DNA of 56,623 nt, from positions 1 to 56,623 of IMG/VR virus record IMGVR_UViG_3300009320_000019; one strand, given 5' to 3'. The notes below the pieces were generated by a model. It was given only the letters and a program-made list of their open reading frames with translations. It was not told where the DNA came from and made no database searches. Of the stretch, positions 39,243-49,169 are shown in pieces (within the stretch, counting starts at the first letter, position 1; every line of letters begins with the position of its first letter). This DNA comes from a virus. Lineage: Duplodnaviria; Caudoviricetes. A program made the position numbers and the translations under genes.

Positions 39243-40286
39243 GTGAAACCTAATATGGAAAAGAAACAACAAGAAATAAAACAAAAAGAACCTAAAAAAT
39301 ATGCTTTGATTATCAACGGAGGCATAGGAAAAGAATTAGCTGCCACTAGTTTAGTAAGGTGGTTAAAAGAAAAAGAGCCAGATAGTACAATTTATACTAT
39401 TTCTGGATACCCAGATGTATTTCTAAATAATCCTTCAGTTAAAAGGAATTTACATTTTAATACACCCTATCTTGAAGATGATTATATTAATGATGCAGAT
39501 ATTAGATCTGGAGAACCTTATCAGTTTGAAGAATATAGATTAAATGAAAAACATTTAAATGAATTATGGCCACAATCATATAGATTTTCTTTAACTGAAT
39601 ATAATAAAAATATTTATCCAGAAATTTGTGTTACAAAAAGAGAAGAAAGAAATGTAGAAAATGCAATTAATGCAATAAAAACAGGACCTAATATTCCTAA
39701 AGACTTAAATTTTGATAATATAATAATGGTACAATTTGAAGGTGGTCCAATTATGGATCCTAGAACCCATCAACCAATTAAACATGAATCTCAAAGGAAT
39801 TTAAAAAAAGAAGTAGCTGAAGTGATTATTAGAGAAATAAATAAAGCAGGGTATATTCCATTTTTATATAAACAAGGACAACAATATAGCACCCAAAAAA
39901 CAATCACTCCACAATGGCCATTAAGACTTTGGATGGTATTTGCTAAAAGAGTTAAAGCATATATTGGGATTGATAGTTCTGGAATGCATATAGCAGCATC
40001 TTGGAAAAAGCCAGGGTTAGTATTTTGGCAACAAACTCATTATAAAAATTTAGGATATCCTTGTATGAAACATTTATGGCTAGAAGGCGAATTACCTATG
40101 TCTAACAGACCAAGAGTTGGATATATGGATTCAGTTCCAGGAGGAGTATGGGAAGATCCTCACGACGATGAATGTAGAAATTGGGATGTAGATGATATAA
40201 TGAAAACTGTTAGAGAATTTTTAAAAGACCTAAAAGCAGGAAATCCTCCAACTGGCCCAGAGAAACATAAACAAAAAAGTAACTAA
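39243..40286 (+). CDS. GT9-like (GT-B) glycosyltransferase
   Basis: GGIGKELAAT, YPDVFLNNP, IGIDSSGMHIAA, LGY. Confidence 0.8.
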   Translation: MKPNMEKKQQEIKQKEPKKYALIINGGIGKELAATSLVRWLKEKEPDSTIYTISGYPDVFLNNPSVKRNLHFNTPYLEDDYINDADIRSGEPYQFEEYRLNEKHLNELWPQSYRFSLTEYNKNIYPEICVTKREERNVENAINAIKTGPNIPKDLNFDNIIMVQFEGGPIMDPRTHQPIKHESQRNLKKEVAEVIIREINKAGYIPFLYKQGQQYSTQKTITPQWPLRLWMVFAKRVKAYIGIDSSGMHIAASWKKPGLVFWQQTHYKNLGYPCMKHLWLEGELPMSNRPRVGYMDSVPGGVWEDPHDDECRNWDVDDIMKTVREFLKDLKAGNPPTGPEKHKQKSN

Positions 40287-40326
40287 ATGCTTATAAATTT
40301 GAAAAATTATAAGAGGTATAAAGAAA

Positions 40327-40551
40327 ATGGTAATTAAATCTAAAAAAAGAACAGTACATCTAGGGGGTGTTGATTTAGAACATTCCTATGATTATATAGA
40401 ACAGCAAAAGACTTATGAGTTAAAAGCTGGGGAAGTGATTGTATTAAATGTTAAGGGAGAAAATGATACCCTTATGCAATACACAGTTCCAGAAGGAAAA
40501 ACTGCTAAACTAAGAGTTCAAATTTTAGGCGCAGAAGAAGACACAAAATAG
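40327..40551 (+). CDS. hypothetical small beta protein
   Basis: GAGGT SD; YTVPEGKTA. Confidence 0.65.
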   Translation: MVIKSKKRTVHLGGVDLEHSYDYIEQQKTYELKAGEVIVLNVKGENDTLMQYTVPEGKTAKLRVQILGAEEDTK

Positions 40552-40816
40552 GAGGAATAAAATGACAAAATTTACAGATTTAGTTAAAAAGTATTTTTAT
40601 GTAACTTATAAACTAGATGAAGACAAACCAACCATTAGAATAGTTTTATGGAAATTTGGAATTAGTATTAACCTATTTGTAGTTTAATTAGAGGCGACTC
40701 CAAATGCCTTTAGCACAAAGACAAGTAATAGTAGAAGTATACAATGTAGATGATGGTATATTAAAATCTTGGATTAAAAGAGTTATTCGTAAAATTAAGT
40801 TATTGATTAAAAGAAT

Positions 40817-41017
40817 ATGGTAAATGATAAATTTAAAAAAAATGCTAAAAAAATTGAAAGATGCCTATCTTATAACAGAATTAGTTTAGCTAAAATTTAT
40901 CTCAACGAACTTTTTAATACCATTTCATCTAAGGAAGATTTTCAAAGTTGTATAGGGGACTATCTTAATTTAAAAGAAAGGTGTACTGTAGCTATGAAAA
41001 AATTAAAGTGGAAATGA
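40817..41017 (+). CDS. hypothetical protein
   Basis: 66-aa ORF. Confidence 0.5.
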   Translation: MVNDKFKKNAKKIERCLSYNRISLAKIYLNELFNTISSKEDFQSCIGDYLNLKERCTVAMKKLKWK

Positions 41018-41127
41018 GATGCAAAGCCATAACTAAAGCAGGTTATAGATGCACACGAAATGCTACTTTTAAAGAGTATTGTTTAAATCACTATTGGCAT
41101 TTCTATGGAAAGAAGAAAAAAGAATAA
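41014..41127 (+). CDS. 37-aa C3H Zn-finger microprotein
   Basis: MRCKAITKAGYRCTRNATFKEYCLNH; ATGA overlap. Confidence 0.6.
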   Translation: MRCKAITKAGYRCTRNATFKEYCLNHYWHFYGKKKKE

Positions 41128-41150
41128 GTTTATAAATTTGAAAATATATA

Positions 41151-41927
41151 ATGAAAACATTAGAAAACATAATTCAAGATAGTATGAAAATACATTGTAT
41201 AAATGAAAAATCTGATAAGATACAATTGATACCATTTGGGGATATCCATTATGGTGCTAAAGAGTGTAATCTAAAACGAGCAAAAGAAACAATAGATTGG
41301 GTGGCAAAACATGATAATGCTCGTGTAATTCTAATGGGTGATTTACTTAATTCAGCAACTAAAAGTTCTGTAGGCGCAGCAGTTTTTGATGAAAATATTT
41401 CTGGACAATCACAGTATGATGATGTAGTAGAACTTCTCACACCAATTAAAGATAAAATCTATGGTAGTTATATTGGGAATCACGAACAAAGGATATTTAA
41501 CTTAACGGGCTATAATATTACTAAAATGATGGCTAAAGAATTAGATTATAAATATTATGGTTTTGGTTGTTTTCAAAAGATTAAAGTAGGCAATAATAAT
41601 TATGTGATTTACGGAACACATGGATCCTCTGGCGCAATATTACCTTATACAAAAATTAGAAAGCTTTTAGATATGAGTGCTTACATAGATGCGGATTTGT
41701 ATTTAATGGGGCATGTCCATAGTCTTCAAGTCCATACACAAGAAGTTAAAAGAGTCAATTTAAGAAATAAACAAGTAGAAAGAAAAAAGAAATATTATGT
41801 TCTTACTGGACATTATTTAGATTATGAAGATTCTTATGCAGAAATGAAGAATATGCGTCCAGAAAAACAAGGTTCTCCAACTATTACTCTCACTGGGGGT
41901 GAAAGACACATAAGGGTGATAGTATGA
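41151..41927 (+). CDS. Calcineurin-like metallophosphoesterase
   Basis: GDIH, GDLLN, GNHE, THG, GHVH. Confidence 0.9.
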   Translation: MKTLENIIQDSMKIHCINEKSDKIQLIPFGDIHYGAKECNLKRAKETIDWVAKHDNARVILMGDLLNSATKSSVGAAVFDENISGQSQYDDVVELLTPIKDKIYGSYIGNHEQRIFNLTGYNITKMMAKELDYKYYGFGCFQKIKVGNNNYVIYGTHGSSGAILPYTKIRKLLDMSAYIDADLYLMGHVHSLQVHTQEVKRVNLRNKQVERKKKYYVLTGHYLDYEDSYAEMKNMRPEKQGSPTITLTGGERHIRVIV

Positions 41928-42036
41928 TTACTTTTAATAGATTATCCATTTTTGGTTAACATTAACCATAATTGAATATTTAGATTACTAATAGGATATT
42001 ATTATCACACAAAAACAAAATACAGGAGGTATTACA

Positions 42037-42357
42037 ATGAGTGAATTAGAAAATAAAATAATCCATAAAACAGAAGCAGAAAGTATGCAAATAGATAAAT
42101 TAATTAAAATAATATATGAAACCTTAGATGAAGTTGAGGAAGATTTAGAACTTCAAATGTATCCACAGGCACATAGTATGATGGCTTATTATTGTGAATT
42201 AATGAATGGTGCAGAAGGAAGAATTTATTTATATCGAAATGGACATTTTAATAACATCAAACAGAAATATACCACTTTATCAGAAGAATTAAAGGGAGTT
42301 ACTTTAGATTTATTTGAAAGAAAAGATTATAATAATATCTATAATGAATATAAATGA
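42037..42357 (+). CDS. hypothetical protein
   Basis: GGAGGT SD, 106 aa. Confidence 0.65.
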   Translation: MSELENKIIHKTEAESMQIDKLIKIIYETLDEVEEDLELQMYPQAHSMMAYYCELMNGAEGRIYLYRNGHFNNIKQKYTTLSEELKGVTLDLFERKDYNNIYNEYK

Positions 42358-42529
42358 AAAGCGCACTTTGTCCTTATTGTTATGATGGTAAGATAGTCAA
42401 ATGTAGAGTAGGCTGTTTGTTTTGTAATGAATGTTTTAAAGAGATAATCATAAGAGATTTTATAAATACGAAAAAATAAATTTTAAATATAGCGGTGTCC
42501 CTCAACCATACCGTTTTTAAATAGAGGAG

Positions 42530-43177
42530 TTGATATTAATGGTAAGAAAAACAGATCCAATTTCTAGTTATTCCATCACTGCACGAAAAGTAATGTTACT
42601 TGGTGAAGATGGCGCAACTATGGCTAGTTCAGCCAATCCAATTCCAACTAATGCCACTATTTCTGGAGATGTAAACGTAGATACAAATTCAGTAAGTACA
42701 AATGGATTAGTAGGAAAATCAAGTGGTGGTGATTTCACAACTGCTTATGCAAGTGGCACAACTGTGACAATAGGCACAATGCCTGTATATCATTCATCTT
42801 TAATAGCAGATGATATTGCAACAATAGTTCAAGTTAATAGTTCTGGAGTGGTTCAGAATACTTACACTCGTGACGATAAAGGAATGAGTATGTCAGGTTC
42901 TACTTTAACAGTAGCTGGCGCAAGTTTTAGTGCTGGAGATACTTTTATAATTTATACAAACATAAATAGAGAAAATACTGGAAGTCCTTTTATTATGAAA
43001 ATGGAAGACGCAGGAACTTACACTTATGTTGGATACGCAATGCCAGGCACAGCAACAAGCGCTGAAACTTGGCAATTATACAGAATAACAGATGCTTCTG
43101 GAGATAAACTTTACGCAGATGGAGATACTGCGTTTGATAATGAATGGGATGAAAGAGCAAGTTGTTCATATAGTTAA
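42530..43177 (+). CDS. Putative virion protein
   Basis: After late motif; YVGYAMPG...WQLYRI...YADGD..FDNEWDERA. Confidence 0.65.
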   Translation: MILMVRKTDPISSYSITARKVMLLGEDGATMASSANPIPTNATISGDVNVDTNSVSTNGLVGKSSGGDFTTAYASGTTVTIGTMPVYHSSLIADDIATIVQVNSSGVVQNTYTRDDKGMSMSGSTLTVAGASFSAGDTFIIYTNINRENTGSPFIMKMEDAGTYTYVGYAMPGTATSAETWQLYRITDASGDKLYADGDTAFDNEWDERASCSYS

Positions 43178-43182
43178 TTAAA

Positions 43183-45684
43183 ATGGTAAATACAATAACT
43201 TGGACTGGGCCTTTGCTTGCACCTACAATTACTTCTCTAACAAAAGTAGACCATGGTGGAAGTATTCCTTCTGGAACTTACTATGTTCAGATGATTGCTA
43301 TGGATAAAGATGGTTGGAATTTGACCAACGAAACAACAATACGAACTTCTCCTAAAAGTTCTTCTTGGTTTAGTTCAACAGTAGATTGTGATGGGGCCGA
43401 TGATTCTATACAAGTAAGTTTTAGTCAAGTTCATGGTGCTTTTTATTATATATTTTTCTATAGAAAAGAAGTTTCTGATGGAACTGCAACTATGACAAAA
43501 GCAAATAAATTAGTAGATAGTAATGCTTCTTTTGAAACAGATGGTGTAGCAGTTAATGATTATATTTCTAATGATACTGATGCTACAAATACCACAGTAG
43601 TTTCAGTAGATTCTGAAACTCAACTTACAATAGCAAGTGATATTTTTACAAATGGAGAAGATTATACAATTATTGAAACTTGGAAAGATGCACAAAGAGC
43701 AGCTTCAAGTACTCCAACTGCTGCTGATGAGAGATGTGATGGAACAGCTACTTCACAAATCACAGATAAATTAGTAGATAGTAATGCTGATTTTATAACT
43801 GATGGCGTAATAGCAGATGATATAGTTTATAATTCAACTGATGGCACTTGGGCAAATGTAGTTTCAGTAGATGATTTACGTACACTTACTTTAGATGCAG
43901 ATATTTTTGACACAGGAAATGAGGCTTATGTGATTTATAAAAAATCTAGTACTTATGATATTACAGTTTCGCCAACTAATAGGGCATCTGTTTATACTTC
44001 GCCAGTAACCATTTGGTGTAATCCCGGAGAAGATGTACCCTCTAATCTTTGTTCACAATGTGGCACAGGATATGTTTCAATAACTGGAAGTGGAGAAGTG
44101 GATAGTGGAACTGCAACAAGTACACAAACTGATAAGTTAATAGATTCAGGACAAAATTTTGAAACAACTGTAGAAGTAGGAGATATTGTAGAGGATACAA
44201 GTGGTGATACTCCAGTTCCTTTTGCAACAGTAGAAAGAGTAAATAGTGACACTATGCTTACTTTGGATACTGATATTATTACAAGTGGAGATACTTATTC
44301 AATTATAAGACCAATAACACTTGAAGAAATAGAAACAGAAGTAGGTGATGATACATTGTGTTTCTTAAAAGGGCAACAATTTGCTTTAATGGGAGCTATA
44401 GATGCTACAGGAGTGACCGGTCCAAGTAGACTTTCTTTTGATAATGGAAGTATTTGGGTATTTGGAAATTATTTAGGAGATGATGATATGCACATAACTA
44501 TTGGACAAGCAGATGGATGTTATGGTGCGAGTATTTTTACCGGAGCTTATGGTGCTCTTTGGAAAACTTATGAAAATGATAATTATTATTATTGTTCTTT
44601 TTTCTCGTCTACTAGAAGTTTTGGAGTAGCTAATAATGGTTCGGAACAAATGATAGAAATGCGTGGTTCTAATTTTGTAGGATGTTTAATTTCTGTTCCA
44701 AATTGTGATTTATATGAAGGAACAACTAAAGACCCAGAAATAGAATATTGTACATTTATGGGAGGATATAAAATAATCCAACCAAAGAGTGATATAACTT
44801 TAGAAGTTGTTAAACTTTTAGATGAAGGAGGAATACAAGTTTATAATCAAGATGTTATTTTAAAGAAATTTGAATTCTTAGGAGAATATGAAAATTATGA
44901 TTTAAGAATTGTTACTCTATCTAATTCAGATACTAAAACTGTTACTTTTGTTAATGGATACAATGAAAGAACAGATAGAGAAAACAATATTCCTTTAGTT
45001 AAATGGTTTAACGCAGTAAATCCTGTAAGATCTGGAACTGCTGATTCTGGAACAACCGGAACTACCTTAATAGATTTTGAAGCTTTTGGAAGTGTAAATG
45101 TTGGAGATACTGTTTATAATGTTACAGATACTCCCGCAGGAACAAACCCTACAAAAGTAGCAACAAAAGTAGATAATTCTGAAATTACTTTAGAAGAAGA
45201 TATTGATTTAGATAACGGAGATAGTTATGAAATTTATACAGACCATGAAAGAACAGTTTATAACAAATATACAATGGATGTTCATATAATAGATGTGGAT
45301 GAAAATGATTTAGAATCAGCAACAGTTACACTTACAGATACAAATGATAATGAAATATTCTCAGTAAGCACAGACGCAAACGGAGTGATAACTCAACAAA
45401 CAGTTCTTTCAAGTACTCAAGTTAATAGTTACGTAGCAAGAGATAATAAGTATAATGTATCCACAACTACAACAGAAAAAAATCCTTTTACTTTAGTTAT
45501 TTCAAAAACAGGCTATGAAACTTATAGTACTAAACTTGATTTGTATAATGTATTTAACCAAACGATTACAATAAAGCAACAAACAAAAGGTGGAACTGTA
45601 TTAGATCTTAGTACAGGAAAAACACTTAGAAAAATAAATCCTACCAACTATGGAAATACACGTTGGTTCGTGGAGAGTAAATAA
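43183..45684 (+). CDS. Large acidic virion/adhesin protein with four inserted ~65-aa repeats, beta-helix-like region and Ig-like C-terminus
   Basis: GTA(T/D)...L(V/I)D...Y.I x4; TDANG, ISKTGYETY. Confidence 0.7.
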   Translation: MVNTITWTGPLLAPTITSLTKVDHGGSIPSGTYYVQMIAMDKDGWNLTNETTIRTSPKSSSWFSSTVDCDGADDSIQVSFSQVHGAFYYIFFYRKEVSDGTATMTKANKLVDSNASFETDGVAVNDYISNDTDATNTTVVSVDSETQLTIASDIFTNGEDYTIIETWKDAQRAASSTPTAADERCDGTATSQITDKLVDSNADFITDGVIADDIVYNSTDGTWANVVSVDDLRTLTLDADIFDTGNEAYVIYKKSSTYDITVSPTNRASVYTSPVTIWCNPGEDVPSNLCSQCGTGYVSITGSGEVDSGTATSTQTDKLIDSGQNFETTVEVGDIVEDTSGDTPVPFATVERVNSDTMLTLDTDIITSGDTYSIIRPITLEEIETEVGDDTLCFLKGQQFALMGAIDATGVTGPSRLSFDNGSIWVFGNYLGDDDMHITIGQADGCYGASIFTGAYGALWKTYENDNYYYCSFFSSTRSFGVANNGSEQMIEMRGSNFVGCLISVPNCDLYEGTTKDPEIEYCTFMGGYKIIQPKSDITLEVVKLLDEGGIQVYNQDVILKKFEFLGEYENYDLRIVTLSNSDTKTVTFVNGYNERTDRENNIPLVKWFNAVNPVRSGTADSGTTGTTLIDFEAFGSVNVGDTVYNVTDTPAGTNPTKVATKVDNSEITLEEDIDLDNGDSYEIYTDHERTVYNKYTMDVHIIDVDENDLESATVTLTDTNDNEIFSVSTDANGVITQQTVLSSTQVNSYVARDNKYNVSTTTTEKNPFTLVISKTGYETYSTKLDLYNVFNQTITIKQQTKGGTVLDLSTGKTLRKINPTNYGNTRWFVESK

Positions 45685-45686
45685 AT

Positions 45687-45845
45687 ATGGCACCAGCAAC
45701 AAGAAGCAATTATGGAAGCTATACTACATTAACCGGAACTTTGTCAGCAGTAGCAACTGCTTTAAATAATGTTGGAACATCAAAACTTATTAATGTATTT
45801 TATGATGCGGATAATTCGATCTATGTAGCAGTTTACCATAAATAA
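45687..45845 (+). CDS. 52-aa hypothetical protein
   Basis: MAPATRSNYGSYTTLTGTLSAVATAL..., manual translation. Confidence 0.55.
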   Translation: MAPATRSNYGSYTTLTGTLSAVATALNNVGTSKLINVFYDADNSIYVAVYHK

Positions 45846-45875
45846 AAAATGAAAAATAACTTAGAGGTAAAATAA

Positions 45876-46163
45876 ATGCCTAATGGACATGATTTTGAAA
45901 ATTGGAAAGCAAGAAAAGATGAATTTCAGGGATTTGTAAAAGCAAAATTACAAGACCAAGATAAAGTCCTTACTGAAATAAAAGAACTAGTAAGTGGACA
46001 TAATGTAAAAACTGACGAGAGATTTATTGAAACAGATAAAAGAGTAGATAAAGTAGAGCAAGATTTAGCACATATAAAAGGCAAAGTAGCAATAATAGTG
46101 GCAGGAATATCTGCTTTTATGTCCTTTGCTTGTACGTGGGTGGTTAAACTTTTTAAAAATTGA
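45876..46163 (+). CDS. Coiled-coil + C-terminal TM protein (holin-like candidate)
   Basis: Heptads followed by hydrophobic helix; end of late arm. Confidence 0.5.
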   Translation: MPNGHDFENWKARKDEFQGFVKAKLQDQDKVLTEIKELVSGHNVKTDERFIETDKRVDKVEQDLAHIKGKVAIIVAGISAFMSFACTWVVKLFKN

Positions 46164-46188
46164 TTTCTCGTCGATAAAAGACATTTCA

Positions 46189-46206
46189 CCAAAACATTTA
46201 TAAATC
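46189..46206 (+). promoter_or_regulatory. BRE-TATA promoter of S-layer-like gene
   Basis: CCAAAACATTTATAAAT. Confidence 0.55.
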
Positions 46207-46297
46207 TCAATATATTTAGGGTAAATTATGGAAAAATCCGATGATGATACGGATAATTGTACGAAATTTCTAAATAAATTTTCATGGAGGTACTGAT

Positions 46298-47758
46298 ATG
46301 AAAAAAAATACGAACTATTGGGCAATAGTCTTAGCAATCGTTTCTGTCGTTTTATTGACAGTTTGTGGAATCTTATATTCTACAATAGACGATATGGCAG
46401 ACCTTGACCAAATAAAAAGTGATGAAATTTCAGTCCTTGTTTCTCAGTTAGAAGATCTTGAATCTGAGATATTAGCGACAGAAATGGAATTAGAAACTGC
46501 TTTAGAAGATGATGTAGTAGATGACGAGTTAATAGCTTCTTTAGAAGAAGAATTAGCAGGACTTGAAGCAGAAGCAGAAGAAGTAGAAGACGAAATAATA
46601 GGGTATATCGAAGACGAACTTGCCTTAGGAAGTGATTTTTCAACATCTGTTTCAGACAAAAGACTAGATACTTTATTTGATGGAGAAGTTGACTTTGATG
46701 GAGATGATTATGACGCAGAAGAAACTTTTGTTTTATCTGGATTAGTAGATATAAACGGAAATGACTACGCAGAAAATGTTTATGTAGTCTTAGAAGAAGG
46801 AGATATTGTATACACATATACTTTTGAAGATAGCTTAAATACTAGCTTGATTACTTCAGAAGAAACCTTAGAATTTAATCTATTAGGTCAAGCTGTTACA
46901 ATCTCTGAATGGGATGATGATGAAATTACATTCACCACTGGTGATGAATACATAATCAACCAAGGCGAAAATATAACTATTGACGAGCAAATAATCTTAT
47001 TAAAGATTGTAGGCGAAGATTATGTTTATATTGAAGTTGACGGAGAATTTGAAAAGATAGATGAAGAAACCACAGAAGAAGTAGGTGAATTAGAAATCTA
47101 TGTTGACTTTGTAGCTGAAGGAGAATTAGCTTCTTTAACAATCGCAAGTGATGTAGAAGAAACAATAAACGATGGCGATGATTATGAAGATGATTCAATT
47201 TGGGTATGGAGCATATCAAATACTGCAATTTCATTAGTTTTGAATGAAGACTTTGATACTATTGACGATGATGAAGATTACAAATCTTTAAATATTGGCG
47301 ATGGAATTTGCTTACCAAATGATTATGTATGTGTAAACTTTGATGGTTTATCAGAAGAAGATACAGAAGATTATCAATTTGAAATCGATGGAGATTTTGT
47401 TGAAATTAAAGGACTATTTATGTATGGCTTAAACGATTATGAAGAAGTTTATGCAAATGCAAGTGGTTTCTATGATGAAGACGAAGTATTAATCGTAGAT
47501 AATACTGGTGTACTTGTTTTAGAAGATACTGATTTAGAATTAAGTATTTCTGGAACAGATTTGATCCTTGATGATATAACTATAGCTTTGGCCTTAGACG
47601 CAATTTCAGTTGATGGCGACTCAATAGCATCTGAAGAAGACAATTATAGAACCGTTTACGGTATTGTAGTTGAAAACCCAGAAGATAATATTGATGACAA
47701 CGAAGTAAGTTTAATCATACCAGAAGAAGCATTAGAAGCTAGTGTAACTATTTATTAA
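46298..47758 (+). CDS. Membrane-anchored acidic S-layer-like surface protein
   Basis: N-terminal TM, coiled coil, D/E-rich beta body with LFDGEVDFDGDDYDAEE, LEFNLLG..VTI, YRTVYGIVVENPE. Confidence 0.6.
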   Translation: MKKNTNYWAIVLAIVSVVLLTVCGILYSTIDDMADLDQIKSDEISVLVSQLEDLESEILATEMELETALEDDVVDDELIASLEEELAGLEAEAEEVEDEIIGYIEDELALGSDFSTSVSDKRLDTLFDGEVDFDGDDYDAEETFVLSGLVDINGNDYAENVYVVLEEGDIVYTYTFEDSLNTSLITSEETLEFNLLGQAVTISEWDDDEITFTTGDEYIINQGENITIDEQIILLKIVGEDYVYIEVDGEFEKIDEETTEEVGELEIYVDFVAEGELASLTIASDVEETINDGDDYEDDSIWVWSISNTAISLVLNEDFDTIDDDEDYKSLNIGDGICLPNDYVCVNFDGLSEEDTEDYQFEIDGDFVEIKGLFMYGLNDYEEVYANASGFYDEDEVLIVDNTGVLVLEDTDLELSISGTDLILDDITIALALDAISVDGDSIASEEDNYRTVYGIVVENPEDNIDDNEVSLIIPEEALEASVTIY

Positions 47759-47789
47759 GGGGAGAAATCCTCTTTTTTTTATTTTTTTT
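47759..47789 (+). terminator. Hairpin plus oligo-T terminator at the convergence of the arms
   Basis: GGGGAGAAATCCTCTTTTTTTATTTTTTTT. Confidence 0.65.
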
Positions 47790-47832
47790 AAATATGAGAA
47801 AAATAGATGTTTTATCAATAATTTATTGGACT

Positions 47833-48216
47833 TTAGGAATTCTTATTGTTTTGGCAACATTGTTTAGTGCATTTAGGTAAGTCATCTAATTCTATTCTTA
47901 AATTTCTATAGTGTATATGAAATGTACCATTCTGCTGTTCTTCTATTTGTAATCTATCATTAAATTCTGTAAACTCAGATAAATGTGCTTTAATAAGAGT
48001 TAGAAAGTTTTCTTTTTTATAATCAAACTGATCTATTATCCCAATATCTAATTGTTTTAAAAGATGAAGTAACATTAAGAATTCAAACTTAGGAAACTCT
48101 AATCTTAAATTTCTATAATGAATGTGTACATTTTCACATAACTCTACAGTAAATCTATTATTAAAAGGGGGAGTATTTACTTTATCCTGATGTAATATTT
48201 TTTTAATATCCCCCAT
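47833..48216 (-). CDS. hypothetical protein with duplicated HIHYRNLR(L/I)E motif
   Basis: Internal repeat in translation. Confidence 0.7.
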   Translation of the reverse strand: MGDIKKILHQDKVNTPPFNNRFTVELCENVHIHYRNLRLEFPKFEFLMLLHLLKQLDIGIIDQFDYKKENFLTLIKAHLSEFTEFNDRLQIEEQQNGTFHIHYRNLRIELDDLPKCTKQCCQNNKNS

Positions 48217-48217
48217 T

Positions 48218-48670
48218 TTAATCTAAATATAGAGTAATTTCGTTTTTTCCTTTTTCTAATTTATTTACACCTACTTTTTTTAATTCTTCTTTCAAAGCAG
48301 TCATTTTTTTATCTTCAATTAATCTTAGTAAATAAACTAAAAGATCTTCTTTTTCACTTAAAGATTCACTATGAATTCTTAAGCTATGCAATTTGCTTCT
48401 AAGTAAGACAGTTGCCCAAGACATTCCTGAATTTTTAAGTTTTTCTATGGCATTTCTCTTTATTTCATTTATATTTGCATTTATTTTTGATTGTTCCTCT
48501 TTTACGTACTCAATTAGCTCAGAAAGCTCTATAATACCCATAGATTCGTATTTCTTTGCATCATCGGGTAAGTAACCTGTTTGTTCTAATATGCACTCTA
48601 CATCGCTCTTACAAGCGCATAGCTTCATATTGCATAATTCGGCTAATTCTTTTAATAATTCTTTTAACAT
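48218..48670 (-). CDS. hypothetical helical protein
   Basis: GGAGG SD, 150 aa. Confidence 0.65.
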   Translation of the reverse strand: MLKELLKELAELCNMKLCACKSDVECILEQTGYLPDDAKKYESMGIIELSELIEYVKEEQSKINANINEIKRNAIEKLKNSGMSWATVLLRSKLHSLRIHSESLSEKEDLLVYLLRLIEDKKMTALKEELKKVGVNKLEKGKNEITLYLD

Positions 48671-48683
48671 TTTTTATTTCCTC

Positions 48684-49022
48684 CTAACATTTTATAGTAG
48701 TTATCACAAAAGGATAGTTGTCCTTTTTTAATAAAATACTTTTTTCTGATTCACTTGCTACTATTTCTTCAATAAATACTTCATTTTCAGTTACTATTAT
48801 TAAATCTGGTCTTAAACCACTTTTTAATATTACTTCTGTGAAAACATCTGCTTTTTGTTTTCTCCAGTATTTGAATCTTTCAAATTTTTTATCTATATGT
48901 TTATCTGTTTCGTGAGTAGAATACCTGAAACAATTTTTGTGATTACTACTCCAGCAATACGAACTTGCTTCAGGCCTTAATACTCGATAGATTAAAAAAT
49001 CTTTTTTATTCATCTTTATCAA
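48684..49022 (-). CDS. PD-(D/E)xK-like nuclease
   Basis: FTEV..KSGLRPDLI...EEIVASE. Confidence 0.6.
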   Translation of the reverse strand: MIKMNKKDFLIYRVLRPEASSYCWSSNHKNCFRYSTHETDKHIDKKFERFKYWRKQKADVFTEVILKSGLRPDLIIVTENEVFIEEIVASESEKSILLKKDNYPFVITTIKC

Positions 49023-49169
49023 TTAAGTCACTAATTTGTTTTTTAAGTTGTAGTCTTCCCCATTTTTTAAATAATCCCTTAGGAAACATTAAATTAACGA
49101 ACTTATCTAAAGTATATTGTTCGTTTTTCTTAATCCTTCCTTTTTTTCTTTCAACGAGTTGTACATATT

